Positions 17,286-27,248 of a DNA stretch of 57,731 bases are shown here, in pieces. The position numbers and the translations under genes were made by a program. Source of the stretch: Acidobacteriota bacterium (GTDB lineage: Bacteria > Acidobacteriota > Terriglobia > Terriglobales > Acidobacteriaceae); the NCBI GenBank assembly GCA_019241535.1, contig JAFAWX010000145.1:1-57731 (forward strand). Reading direction: 5' to 3'. Below the pieces are notes generated by a model. The model was given only the letters and a program-made list of their open reading frames with translations. It ran no database searches and was not told where the DNA came from. Numbering within the stretch: the first letter of the stretch is position 1; the number at the start of each line of letters is the position of its first letter.

Positions 17286-18317
17286 TCAGGAAGCGCGCGA
17301 AGAGATTGATTCCGTCTGTTTACGCTGCCGGAAGGGCTCTCTTGAAAGCACGTTTACTGCCTTGGGTGTCGTGGCACGCGAGCGAGCAAGTTCCGGGTGC
17401 GCGGCGGCAGCCGAGCTCCGGTAAACGCTATTGATCAGCGACAATGGCCGGCGCCGCACTTCGTCGTAGATCCTTCCCAGATACTCGCCGGCAATACCAA
17501 GCGCCAGGAGAATGAAGGCGCCGGTCAGGAAGACGGAGGCCGAGATGGCGTAGCCGAAAGCAGCTCCGTGGTGGAGCATGCCGGCGACTGCAAGCGAGAA
17601 AGAGAGCCCAATCGAGAGCGCCGCTAGAACGAAGCTCAGCCGCAGGGGCTTGTAACTAAAGCTGGTTATGGCATCCATCGCATACTTGATGCGACTTACA
17701 AAACTCAGCTTGCCTTCGCCACCCACTCGATCACGCCGGTCGTAGTAGACAACGGCGGTCCGGTAGCCTACCCAGGCGCGCAAGCCCGGGAGATAGCGGT
17801 TGTACTCCTGCATGCCATTGATCGCATCCACCGCCTTGCGATCGAGCAGGCCGAAGATGCCGGCGTTAAATGGGATCGGATAATCGGAGAGCACACCCAA
17901 AAGCCGGTAGAAGATCGGAAACAGCACGGCCAAGTACTTGCGGCTTTCCTGCCGGCTGCGTCGCACGGCGGTTACCACCTGAGCTCCATTGCGCCAGGCG
18001 GCGATAAATTCCGGAATCACCTCGGGCGGATCCTGGAGGTCGCCGTCCATTAAAACTACGGCATCGCCGGAGGCGGTGCGCAGGCCGGCCGAGATCGCGC
18101 CCATGTGGCCCCAGTTGCGGGAGAGATCGACGACAATCACCCGGGGATCGGTAGCCTGCAGATCACGCAGGAGTTCGAGAGACGAATCCTTCGATCCGTC
18201 GTTCACATAGACGACTTCCCAGTCATCCTCGACCGGTTCCATCGCGATCGAGATGGCCTCGTGCAGCTGGATGATGATTTCTTCTTCGTTGTAAACCGGA
18301 ACCACTAATGAAACCAT
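17286..18317 (-). CDS. GT2 polyprenyl-phosphate glycosyltransferase (GtrB/ArnC/Dpm1-like) with two C-terminal TM helices
   Basis: MVSLVVPVYNEEE, VNDGSKD, MDGDLQDPPE, and C-terminal LALGIAGEYLGRIY. The ATG at 18317 is preceded by a purine-rich Shine-Dalgarno; the track start at 18350 is a TTG. Confidence 0.8.
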   Translation of the reverse strand: MVSLVVPVYNEEEIIIQLHEAISIAMEPVEDDWEVVYVNDGSKDSSLELLRDLQATDPRVIVVDLSRNWGHMGAISAGLRTASGDAVVLMDGDLQDPPEVIPEFIAAWRNGAQVVTAVRRSRQESRKYLAVLFPIFYRLLGVLSDYPIPFNAGIFGLLDRKAVDAINGMQEYNRYLPGLRAWVGYRTAVVYYDRRDRVGGEGKLSFVSRIKYAMDAITSFSYKPLRLSFVLAALSIGLSFSLAVAGMLHHGAAFGYAISASVFLTGAFILLALGIAGEYLGRIYDEVRRRPLSLINSVYRSSAAAAHPELARSRATTPKAVNVLSREPFRQRKQTESISSRAS

Positions 18318-18411
18318 GAAGACTCTCCCCCCCTTAATGCAGGTATTCAAGATGCTCTCCCCGGGCAGAGCGGTTGTTCGGCAGCACTGCCCCGGGCCCT
18401 AACCCTAACGC

Positions 18412-18918
18412 TTATTCAGGTGCAGCCTGAAGAATGCGTACCTTCCAGCGTACCTCGGTGGGTGTCAGCACCGATATGTAGCGGGAATGCACGCGTTCTG
18501 CGCCTCCCAAGCGGCCGTTTTGAAGCACCTGAACTTCGTATTCGACATCATCGACCAACTGAATCGACATCCCTTCGGGCGAATAGAATACCAGTCTGAT
18601 CTTGTGACTCAGGTCGCGGTAAACGCTCTGCAGGCCGATTTTACGCTGTTCCTCGACCGTAGCTGCCAGTTCTTGGCTGGCAAGGCCGACGAAGGACCGA
18701 TCGAGGAGATCGGTTCGGTTAGCAGCGAGGGCGCTCCCTAGCGTCTGCCAGGCTTCGAGGTAATCGCGCACGACGGAGGATCGCGTCTGCTCTTCTAGCG
18801 GTCTGGGGCCCACGGTAGAGGCGTCTACCCGGACGCGCGCCTGCTCCGCCCCCGGAGAGCTTGTCCCCAGCAGAAGAACCGAGAGAAATGTCATTCCCAT
18901 CCCGGCTCGAGTTCTCAT
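18412..18918 (-). CDS. Exported hypothetical protein (possibly NTF2/Tim44-like fold)
   Basis: Signal peptide MTFLSVLLLGTSSPGAEQ; ATGA overlap with the upstream gene; no recognisable family motif. Confidence 0.5.
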   Translation of the reverse strand: MRTRAGMGMTFLSVLLLGTSSPGAEQARVRVDASTVGPRPLEEQTRSSVVRDYLEAWQTLGSALAANRTDLLDRSFVGLASQELAATVEEQRKIGLQSVYRDLSHKIRLVFYSPEGMSIQLVDDVEYEVQVLQNGRLGGAERVHSRYISVLTPTEVRWKVRILQAAPE

Positions 18919-19790
18919 TTGCCGCCTCCCCAGCGGATTTCGTTACCCATGACCACTCCGGAAGCGACCGTAATAAGCGCCCCGGAATGCGCCGGCATCT
19001 CGGTGTGCGCAATATCGCGCTTGATCGGGACGTCGACCGTAGACTCGCGGCCCTCGTAGGCTTCGGTGAAGGTCACAACTGTTCCGTCCGGCACGGGATT
19101 TCCATTGCAATCGCGTACGGGTGCGGTCTCGAGTACGATCTTTGCCCCTGCCGCCCGCGCGCTCATGCGCAAAGCGCACGGATCCCCGGCAAATTGTTGT
19201 ACCACGCGCCTCTCCGAAACCCGGCCGGCGCTCGCCTGAAACTGAGCTATTCCGGCCTGAGGCGAGGAATTCATTCGCACCCAGGCAACTCCATCGCGGG
19301 TGGAGGCGACCTGCTTCTGCGCCGCCCCGCCGCCGGAAAGCTCGAATGAAACCGACAGCGGCTCGAGAATCAGGTTACGGTATCGGTCAAATACGTATAC
19401 GACGCCACTGATCCCGCCGCCCTGGCTAACGGGCAAACGCGAAGGCCGGGCGAGGAAGCTCAGGGTTGCGGGTTCGGATTCGGGCAGCACGTCAAACTGG
19501 GCGCTTCGGGTGGAATCCGCCGCGACCAACACCGCCACATAGTGTCCCGCATTCTGAAGCTCCCCGGCGGCGAAGCTCGCAGCCTCGCCCAGATTCACCG
19601 TGCGGCGGAGCACCTGTCCCGGGCCGACGATGTACAGTTCCGCCTTGCCGCTGCCGCTGGTGGGAAGGGAAAAGGCAGCGCCGGCGTGGAGCGTGGCCGG
19701 GAAGTCCAGGCGGCCGCTCTGCCCCTGTAACATTTCCCCTGAGAGCAGCGCGGCCAGAATGGGCAGACAGCGTTTGAGAGCGCGCCTCAT
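18915..19790 (-). CDS. Exported hypothetical protein, beta-rich (Ig-like?)
   Basis: Signal peptide MRRALKRCLPILAALLSGEMLQGQ starts at the ATG at 19790, which forms an ATGA overlap with the upstream stop. The longer track ORF (to 19931) would overlap the upstream gene. Confidence 0.55.
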   Translation of the reverse strand: MRRALKRCLPILAALLSGEMLQGQSGRLDFPATLHAGAAFSLPTSGSGKAELYIVGPGQVLRRTVNLGEAASFAAGELQNAGHYVAVLVAADSTRSAQFDVLPESEPATLSFLARPSRLPVSQGGGISGVVYVFDRYRNLILEPLSVSFELSGGGAAQKQVASTRDGVAWVRMNSSPQAGIAQFQASAGRVSERRVVQQFAGDPCALRMSARAAGAKIVLETAPVRDCNGNPVPDGTVVTFTEAYEGRESTVDVPIKRDIAHTEMPAHSGALITVASGVVMGNEIRWGGGK

Positions 19791-20914
19791 GGAGTTCGGT
19801 TCCAACTGTAGGTGCTGGCGACCGCCCGGTAGTTGCTGACCTTGGCCGCAATGTCGGGCGGGATCGCGATGGCGAAGGGAACCGGCGCCCCGGGCACGAG
19901 AGCACGGCTGGCATATCCGTCGGAGACCCACACGACCTGCCCGCTCTTGTCGTAAAAGGTGCCAAGAACGTGGGCTACGTTTACCACCTGGCCGCTCTGG
20001 TTGACGAGCATGCCGGTGAGGGCAGCATCCGGGGCCGGTGTCAGGTGCTGATCCTCGATGGCTACGACGGGATCGGCCGACGTCGATATGAGGTTCGCCG
20101 ACGGCTGCATGCGAACACTATCGATCTGAGAAAGCTTGACCCCGCGAAAGTTTATGCGAAACGGAGTTACCTGCTTCGGCAGAAGAACGTGGGAGATCTG
20201 GTCAAAGCTGTCTTCAGCAGCTATTGCCGCACCATCTTTGGCGAGCAGGGTGGCCTTTACTTCGACGAATGCGGGAACAACATCTTCGTTCAGGAGTTCG
20301 CCCAGAATGACCGTGCTTTCGCCGCGGCTTAGGGGATGCATATCGAGAATGCGCACGTGGGGCGAGTCCACATCCTGCATTCCCCAGTCATCGCCCGGCC
20401 CGCGGTAGATGACGTCCCATCGCAGATAATTGACCGGGATCACCTGGGGAGGGACTTTCGATTCGCGGACCAGGGGCCAGGCCACTCGCCAGCCGCCCCC
20501 CTGGTTGCGCACAGCGACCGTGCGCACGTCGTCGAAGCGCCCAACCACGGTCGACCAGTGCAATATGGCCCGGACTTGCGCGTCGTCTGCGGTGGCATGT
20601 AGCGGCTTCACGTCGAAACTTGAAAGCATGGCATAGCTACGCAGGCTCTCGTGGGTACCGTTGAGATCGCCGATGAAATCTTGTTCGCTGAAATCGCCGT
20701 GATTGGCGAGACTCGAGTAGGCTCCTCCCCAGTCATGCCGCCCGACGGCGGCGAGAAGATTTGAGACCGCAGCTTCAGGCGTCGAGGGGCTGCGGAAACG
20801 GGTGGCACGCGTGCCGGAGAGAGCCAGCGCCGCTTCGCTCGGCCACAGCGTCCCCATGGCAATCAGAACGAAAGTTATAACTAGGATCAAAACCGCCAGA
20901 AGTCCACCCTTCAT
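19787..20914 (-). CDS. Membrane-anchored hypothetical protein with repeated beta-sandwich-like domains
   Basis: N-terminal TM segment LLAVLILVITFVLIAMGTL; ATGA overlaps at both ends (20911-20914 and 19787-19790). Confidence 0.55.
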   Translation of the reverse strand: MKGGLLAVLILVITFVLIAMGTLWPSEAALALSGTRATRFRSPSTPEAAVSNLLAAVGRHDWGGAYSSLANHGDFSEQDFIGDLNGTHESLRSYAMLSSFDVKPLHATADDAQVRAILHWSTVVGRFDDVRTVAVRNQGGGWRVAWPLVRESKVPPQVIPVNYLRWDVIYRGPGDDWGMQDVDSPHVRILDMHPLSRGESTVILGELLNEDVVPAFVEVKATLLAKDGAAIAAEDSFDQISHVLLPKQVTPFRINFRGVKLSQIDSVRMQPSANLISTSADPVVAIEDQHLTPAPDAALTGMLVNQSGQVVNVAHVLGTFYDKSGQVVWVSDGYASRALVPGAPVPFAIAIPPDIAAKVSNYRAVASTYSWNRTP

Positions 20915-22662
20915 GACACCAGCCTCCCGGTCACCAGATCCTCATCCGTAGCCCGAGGCTCTGTTGCCGGCTCCGGCGTGTGCCGGCGCTCCGGAATAAA
21001 GAGCAGCAGGATGGCCATAATGCTGCTCAACAGTGGCAAAGTGCCCCACAGGAGCGCCTGCCAGTCCGGCGGGATCTGCGGAGAGGCGAGCGGCGTGGCG
21101 GGCGGGACATCGTCTTTAGCCCAGATGCCGATGGTGCCGTTTTCGAGGCTGTCGACCTTGCGGAACCCGACAAAGGCGAGCAGAGGCTCGTAGTAAGCGT
21201 CACGGCAGAATACCCAGCGCAAACCGTAGCGGTCGGCGTGGCGCAGCATGGCGCGAAGCGATTCGATGCCGCCGTCGCCAAAATATTTGGCGCTGGTCAG
21301 GGCTCCCACTCCGTAACGGGTGAGCTCCGGCAGCATGCGGCCGGAGTTCCACTCGCCGTCAACACTGCCGGCATCGGTCTCAACCGCCAGGCGCGAGATC
21401 TGGTTGCCGAAGCCAAGCGTGAGATAGCGGTAATGATCGTGGCCGTCGCGATTCAGCCAGAGTGCGACTGAGCGAACGTTAAAATTGCCAGCGTCGGCCG
21501 GATGATAGGTCGACCACGACACCGCCATCGCGCAGCTCAGACAGGCGGCAGCCGAGAGGAAGACGGCGCCCGCAAGACGAAAACGAGCGAGCAGTTCCTC
21601 GGCCAGCAGCCCGATGAAAGGCAATGCCAGCAGCGTAGCCCAGTAGCTGAAGCGCTCCATGGTGAGAACTTCGAACGCCCGGCCAAGGACAAAGCGTCCA
21701 GCAAATGTCGTGCCTCCCAGGCCCAGCAGGAAAGCAATCCAGAAGCCCAAAAGAAGCGGCCGCAAACGCGCAACCGACGAGCCGCGAAGCAAAATAAAGG
21801 GAAGCGCCAGGATCAGGGCACCGTAAGGTATGAGGAAATAGTTAACTCCCCACTCCGGATTCAGGATGTAGTTGGCACGGCTGGGATGAGGAATGGGGGT
21901 TTGGGTGACCGGGTAGTGATAGAGCGCAATCCAGAATGGCAGGAGCACGAGGGCAATGCCGCCGCCCACCAGAGCAATGGCGGCTGCAATGCGGGCCACG
22001 GCTCCCGCTGCCGGTGCCGGCGCGCCCTCTGGGCGCCGCATTAGCGCCAATGCAACCACCGGCAGCGCAAACAGGACAGAGCCAAAAAGTAGCGTCGCAT
22101 GGTGCACGGCGGCGGCGGCCACCGTAAGCGCCGAACCCTTCAGAAAGGCTCGCCAGTCGGCGCTGCGGATCCACAGGAAGAAATAAGGCAGCGCGTTCAA
22201 ATAAAGCGGCGCCGCTGTGGTCGTAGATAACTGTCCGGCCGAGTAGACGAGAAACGACTCCGAGCCGAGAAAAACACTCGCCAGAGCGGCAAGCGATGCC
22301 GCCCGCTGATCAACCCACAGTCGCGAGAAGCGATATACGCCCACCGCCAAGAGCAAGATGGCGGCAAGCTGCACGATCATGTATCCGGCATCGAGCCCTA
22401 CGACGCGCGAGACGAGTGCGATCCATTGCTGGGCCAGAGGTGGGTAGGTGGTCTGCGAAAACCCCGCATACCATTTCGCGTTCCACGGATCGAACCAGTG
22501 CTGCGCGTAGTGTGAGGCAAAAAATATATGAAAGTTGGTGTCGTAGGACTTGAGTGGCAGCTTCATCGTCAGCAGCGGAACGTGGACTGCCAGCGCCACC
22601 AGTAGAACCAGGCTGATCGGTAACGGTCGCGACCGCGGCAGGGTCGCGTCGAAGGTTTGCAC
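20911..22662 (-). CDS. Large polytopic membrane protein with GT-C-like glycosyltransferase architecture
   Basis: More than 10 predicted TM helices. First loop KSYDTNFHIFFASHYAQHWFDPWNAKWYAGFSQTTYPPL carries acidic residues. Soluble C-terminal domain. Co-operonic with the GtrB-like GT2. Confidence 0.55.
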   Translation of the reverse strand: MQTFDATLPRSRPLPISLVLLVALAVHVPLLTMKLPLKSYDTNFHIFFASHYAQHWFDPWNAKWYAGFSQTTYPPLAQQWIALVSRVVGLDAGYMIVQLAAILLLAVGVYRFSRLWVDQRAASLAALASVFLGSESFLVYSAGQLSTTTAAPLYLNALPYFFLWIRSADWRAFLKGSALTVAAAAVHHATLLFGSVLFALPVVALALMRRPEGAPAPAAGAVARIAAAIALVGGGIALVLLPFWIALYHYPVTQTPIPHPSRANYILNPEWGVNYFLIPYGALILALPFILLRGSSVARLRPLLLGFWIAFLLGLGGTTFAGRFVLGRAFEVLTMERFSYWATLLALPFIGLLAEELLARFRLAGAVFLSAAACLSCAMAVSWSTYHPADAGNFNVRSVALWLNRDGHDHYRYLTLGFGNQISRLAVETDAGSVDGEWNSGRMLPELTRYGVGALTSAKYFGDGGIESLRAMLRHADRYGLRWVFCRDAYYEPLLAFVGFRKVDSLENGTIGIWAKDDVPPATPLASPQIPPDWQALLWGTLPLLSSIMAILLLFIPERRHTPEPATEPRATDEDLVTGRLVS

Positions 22663-22736
22663 CCTTTCCTCCAGGCTTTGTTTTAGATTCAGTGCGATAG
22701 GGATGGGTTGCCGGTCTGAGTTGCTGGCCTCCGCCC

Positions 22737-22752
22737 TGGCACTTCTCCTGCT
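22737..22752 (+). promoter_or_regulatory. Sigma-54-like -24/-12 element TGGCAC-N5-CTGCT upstream of the TPR/beta-barrel gene
   Basis: TGGCACTTCTCCTGCT matches TGGCAC-N5-TTGCW except at one position, with correct GG-to-GC spacing. Lies in the divergent intergenic region ~290 nt upstream of the proposed start. Confidence 0.3.
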
Positions 22753-23042
22753 CGCACCTGACTTGTATTTTATTTTTTATCGTGGGCCGCTGGGCAAATT
22801 TCGTGTGTTCCATGCTGATACCCGCCGGAGCTGGGAAAATCTTTTCCCTTACTCGAAAATCGTTGCATGGTTCCCGAGCGCGCGGGAAATGGTGTCGGCA
22901 ACATGTGCTCGGAGGGCGCCCAACAAGCAGGAAATACGGCGCCCTGCGCCTCCGGATACAACAGCCAACGGTTTCAGCTGATTGGGAATCGAAGAACTCT
23001 GAAGGTCCGCAGCTCAGCTTCCAAACGGAGAGATTAGATCCT

Positions 23043-26000
23043 TTGCATTTTTCAGCCAAGACATGCCTGTCGTTGCTTGTCCTGGTGTTTGTGCGGCCGA
23101 GTCCGGCGCAGACTTACAAAGTGGGCTCGGATGCACCGGTAGAACATCAGCAGTCTCCGGCCAAGTCAGCCGAAAATCCGCAAAAATCCCTCGGCTGGGG
23201 TTCAAACATCCAGAATGCGCGCCTGGCCCGCTCGGTCGAAGCGGCATTGCGCAATGGCGATTATTCAGGTGCGATTGAGTACGCTCAGCGCGCCGTCAAC
23301 GACGCTCCCAATGACCCGCAGTTGTGGTTTCTGCTGGGATATGCGGCCCGACTGGGCGGCAAGCTGCAGGTTGCAGTGGATGCATACAACAAGGGCCTGC
23401 GGCTGAACCCTTCCTCGGCAGACGGACTTTCCGGCCTGGCGCAAACCTATCGCGTCATGGGCCGCGGCGACGAAGCCGAGAAGATTCTGGCGCAAGTTGT
23501 CTCCGCCGATCCCCGGCGCACCAATGACGCCACCCTGCTCGGAGAAATGCTCTTGCAGTCGGCTCAGTATGACCGCGCGGTAAACATTTTAGGGCGCGCG
23601 GAGCAGGTTCAGCCGAGCGCCCGCGCCGAGCTGCTGATAGCCCTCGCCTACGAGCGCCTGCACGACCGCGTCCGAGCCAACCAGTATCTTGAACTCGCGA
23701 AACGGCGCGCTCCCAACAATTCCGAGGTCGAGCGATCGCTCGCCGGCTTTTACCGCGAGACCGGAAACTATTCGGCCGCAATCGCAGCCCTGCAGTCGAT
23801 TCGCAGCCGCAATGCCGACATCACCGCTGAGCTTGCCTATACCTACCAGCTGAACGGCGAACCGCAGAAGGCGGCAAAATTTTACGGACAAGCGGCCGAT
23901 GCCGCGCCGAAGAAACTTGACCTGCAATTATCCGCGGCCCAGGCGGAGGTCGGCCTGGGAGCTCCGGAAAAAGCCGAAAGCTATCTTGAACGTGCCTCCC
24001 GGCTCGATTCCGATCACTACCGCTTGCACGCCATCCGCGGCGAGATCGCCCGCCTGCAGGATCGAAAGGCCGATGCGGTACGGGATTACACCGCCGCCAT
24101 CGAGCGTTTGCCGCAAGCTCCGCCCGAAGGCCCGCTCTACCCCATTCAGCTCCACATGAATCTCGCCCAGCTCGACCAGGAGCTCGAGGACCGTCCGGCA
24201 GCGGAACAACAGCTGGCTACAGCCAGGGCCGCCATCAACAGCCTGGAGGCGACCGAAGCTCGCCAACCCGAATACTTGCGGCTGCGGGCGATGATCCGGA
24301 TGGCATCGGGCGATTTTTCTGGTGCCGGCAGTGACCTCGAGCAGGCCCTGGCGGCAAATCCTCGGGATCCGCGCACGCTCGAGGTCCAGGCGCAACTGTT
24401 CACCAAGGAAGGCCGTCCCGAGCAGGCGTTGGCGGTTTATACCAACATCCTTTCCTCTGATCCCGGAAATCGGTACGCCCTGGCCTCCGCCGGATACCTG
24501 TCCCGCCAGATGGGCCATGACCGCGAGGCGGAAAAGTATTTTCAGCGCCTGGCCGCCGCTCATCCCGATTTGTATATACCTTATCTGGCTCTCGGCGATC
24601 TCTACACCACCCGCCGCGAGTTCTCGAAAGCTCAGGCTTCTTACGTCAAAGCCAATGAGCTGGCACCCGCCAACAGCTTGGTGATTGCCGGCGCGATGAA
24701 TGCCGCGATCGAAGCCCATACCTATCCGCTCGCCGCGCAGTGGCTGAAGCGCGCAACCCCGGAAATGCAAGACAACCCGTACATCATGCGGGAAACTGAG
24801 CGCTATCTCCTCTGGGTGGGCGACCATCAGAAATCGGCGGCTATCGGTGAGCAGGCCATCAAGAAGCTGCCGAAAGACCGGGATGTCGTGGTTTACCTCG
24901 GCTACGATCTGCTTGATCTTGGAAGGTATGACGAGTTGTTGAATCTGACCTCGCGCTACCACGATGTACTTCCCAAAGAACCGGACCTTCCGCTGCTTGC
25001 CGGATATGCGCACAAGCACGCCGGCGCCCTGGCGGAAGCAGAACAGGACTTTACCGACACTCTGGCGCGAGATCCGAAGATACCCACCGCTTATGTGAAT
25101 CGCGGGTTTGTGCGCAACGACCAGCACAAAGCGGCGGAGGCAAACGCGGATTTTGAAGCCGCCGTCCGCCTCGACCCCAATGACGGCGAGGCTCATCTGG
25201 GATTGGCATTCACCAGCCTCGAGCTGCATCGGCCGCAGATGGCGCTGCGCCAGGTGCAACTCGCGTACGAGCGGCTTGGCGATTCATCGAACGTGCACCT
25301 GATTCGTGCCACCGCCTACGGGCAGGAGGGAATGTTGGTGCGGGCCGCGCAGGAGTATCGGGTCGCGCTCAAGGCTTCTCCTAACGACACATCGCTTCAT
25401 CTCGCGCTGGCCGATGTCCTTGAAGGCCTGCGCCATTATCGCGAGGCCGTTTCTGAGCTTGAGACGGCCGACCGGTTGTCGCCGCACAACAGCCTCACGG
25501 CGGCAAAACTGGCGCGCGCCTATGCCGAGTTCGGCGACCGCAACAACGCCCTGCGTTACGTGCAGATTGCCGAACAGAAGCCGGAGGACGGCGTATGGCT
25601 GGCGACCGGAGAAGCTTTGGATGCGCTTGGCGAACACGACGCGGCCATGCAGAGGTTCGAGCAGGCGCTCTCGGCCCCGAGTAGTGACACGATCGCCGTA
25701 CGGCTGGTGATCGCCCAGCATATGACCGAGGCGGGGGATTGGGACGGGGCGCGGCGGCAGGTCGCGCTGGGTTTTATGGAAGCCCGCGCCGGGAACGCTC
25801 CTCCGCCAACTCCTGACGACGTAATGCATGCAGCCAATATTTTTCTTGCTATTCACGACTTCCAGCTGGCGGAAAGTTACTACCGCCGTGCCCTGGCGGC
25901 GGGCGCATCCGAGACCTCGGCGAGAGTCGGCCTGGCGAACACCTATCTCGCGCTTGGGGACACGGCGCGGGCCCGGGGAGAGATTACCTCGATCAGCAAG

Positions 26001-27218
26001 ATGGCATACATCGAGCCCAGCTACCAATATCTCATGGCCAAGGCCAGCCTGCTGCGGCAGGAGCATCAGAATGCGCAGGCCCTCACGGCCTTTGCCCAGG
26101 CCTCCGAGGCTGCCGGAGAGGACCAGACTGCGGAGCGAGAACTGCTCGAGTTGGGAGGAAACGAAGGCTTTCGCGTCAACCGCAGGCTGAACTTCCTCTC
26201 TGATTTTTCGGTCGCTCCCGTCTTTGAAGATACAACTGTCTATCCCCTGGATGCCAAGCTCGACGTTGCCAATCCCCTGCCCGGGCGCCAGGCGCTGCTA
26301 CCTCTGCCCCGCTCATCTCTTGAAACCCAGTGGACCGGGGCCTATCACCTGCACTTCGGTGGAATGCCTGAAGCGGGCGGGTTCCTGCAAATTCGCAACG
26401 CCCGCGGGCAGATCTCACTGCCGAGCGCAAACTCGATCGTAAATCGCGACACTACCGACTATTCGCTCAATTTCGCGGTCAGCCCGACCGTGCACCTGGG
26501 CAACAATGTCATTACCTTCAGTCCCGGCATTCAGGAGACGGTGCGACGCGACTCGCGGGACCCGACCGCCATGGATCAGAACCTATTCCGCCAGTTTCTG
26601 TATCTGTCGACCAGCTCGTTTTTCAACGTCATTTCCGTACAGGGTTTCGCGATCCACGAAAGTGGCCCGTTTTCCCATCTACACCTGCGCTCCCGCGACC
26701 TGGTCGGGCGGCTGGATTTCCGCATCGGTGCGCCGTGGGGCAGGACGGCGTTCATCACCGGCTACGGGGCCCGCGACCTCCAGTTCTCGCCGGTTATACG
26801 TGAGGTCTATTACACCTCGGCCTATGCCGGAGTAGAGCGTAAAATCAACGACAAGTTCAGCTTTAAAGCGGTGGCTGAGGACCTCCGCAGCTGGCGGGTC
26901 GAGATCAACCGCTTTGCCATCGCACAGGCGCTACGACCGGCCGGCAGCGTTGAATATCGCCCTACCCGTAACTGGAGTGTTCAGGCCACCGCCGCCTATT
27001 CCCGCAACATGGGCTTTCATGCTTACGACGCCCTGCAGAGCGGCTTCGCGGTCTCCTATGCCATGCCATTTCAGCACTCGTTTCGCGAGGCGGATGAAAA
27101 GGTGACGGTTCGTTATCCCTTACGTTTTTCGGCGGGAATACAACAGGAAAGCTTTTTCAACTTTAACGGGGGCAATAACCAGCAGTTCAGGCCCTATGTT
27201 CGCATCAGTATTTTTTGA
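23043..27218 (+). CDS. Giant TPR-repeat protein with C-terminal outer-membrane beta-barrel-like domain (PgaA/BcsC/PelB-like exopolysaccharide export scaffold)
   Basis: Signal peptide (M)HFSAKTCLSLLVLVFVRPSPAQ from an in-frame TTG at 23043 behind GGAGAG. About 1000 aa of TPR repeats. The last ~350 aa have alternating-hydrophobic strands ending ...FRPYVRISIF (terminal Phe). The start is uncertain. Confidence 0.7.
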   Translation: MHFSAKTCLSLLVLVFVRPSPAQTYKVGSDAPVEHQQSPAKSAENPQKSLGWGSNIQNARLARSVEAALRNGDYSGAIEYAQRAVNDAPNDPQLWFLLGYAARLGGKLQVAVDAYNKGLRLNPSSADGLSGLAQTYRVMGRGDEAEKILAQVVSADPRRTNDATLLGEMLLQSAQYDRAVNILGRAEQVQPSARAELLIALAYERLHDRVRANQYLELAKRRAPNNSEVERSLAGFYRETGNYSAAIAALQSIRSRNADITAELAYTYQLNGEPQKAAKFYGQAADAAPKKLDLQLSAAQAEVGLGAPEKAESYLERASRLDSDHYRLHAIRGEIARLQDRKADAVRDYTAAIERLPQAPPEGPLYPIQLHMNLAQLDQELEDRPAAEQQLATARAAINSLEATEARQPEYLRLRAMIRMASGDFSGAGSDLEQALAANPRDPRTLEVQAQLFTKEGRPEQALAVYTNILSSDPGNRYALASAGYLSRQMGHDREAEKYFQRLAAAHPDLYIPYLALGDLYTTRREFSKAQASYVKANELAPANSLVIAGAMNAAIEAHTYPLAAQWLKRATPEMQDNPYIMRETERYLLWVGDHQKSAAIGEQAIKKLPKDRDVVVYLGYDLLDLGRYDELLNLTSRYHDVLPKEPDLPLLAGYAHKHAGALAEAEQDFTDTLARDPKIPTAYVNRGFVRNDQHKAAEANADFEAAVRLDPNDGEAHLGLAFTSLELHRPQMALRQVQLAYERLGDSSNVHLIRATAYGQEGMLVRAAQEYRVALKASPNDTSLHLALADVLEGLRHYREAVSELETADRLSPHNSLTAAKLARAYAEFGDRNNALRYVQIAEQKPEDGVWLATGEALDALGEHDAAMQRFEQALSAPSSDTIAVRLVIAQHMTEAGDWDGARRQVALGFMEARAGNAPPPTPDDVMHAANIFLAIHDFQLAESYYRRALAAGASETSARVGLANTYLALGDTARARGEITSISKMAYIEPSYQYLMAKASLLRQEHQNAQALTAFAQASEAAGEDQTAERELLELGGNEGFRVNRRLNFLSDFSVAPVFEDTTVYPLDAKLDVANPLPGRQALLPLPRSSLETQWTGAYHLHFGGMPEAGGFLQIRNARGQISLPSANSIVNRDTTDYSLNFAVSPTVHLGNNVITFSPGIQETVRRDSRDPTAMDQNLFRQFLYLSTSSFFNVISVQGFAIHESGPFSHLHLRSRDLVGRLDFRIGAPWGRTAFITGYGARDLQFSPVIREVYYTSAYAGVERKINDKFSFKAVAEDLRSWRVEINRFAIAQALRPAGSVEYRPTRNWSVQATAAYSRNMGFHAYDALQSGFAVSYAMPFQHSFREADEKVTVRYPLRFSAGIQQESFFNFNGGNNQQFRPYVRISIF

Positions 27219-27248
27219 ATCGTATGAATCTTGCTCAACCGGGAACCC

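Noticed and set aside
22782-23042. The track's upstream start for the TPR/beta-barrel ORF, which adds 87 N-terminal residues.
   Set aside because: The extra residues are Arg-rich and unstructured-looking and precede an obvious signal peptide. An in-frame TTG at 23043 behind GGAGAG gives a canonical exported N-terminus.
23928-26066. Long minus-strand ORFs (443 aa and 260 aa) antisense to the TPR/beta-barrel gene.
   Set aside because: They lie entirely inside a plus-strand gene with clear TPR repeats. Their Arg/Gly/Pro-rich, motif-free composition is typical of shadow ORFs in high-GC DNA.
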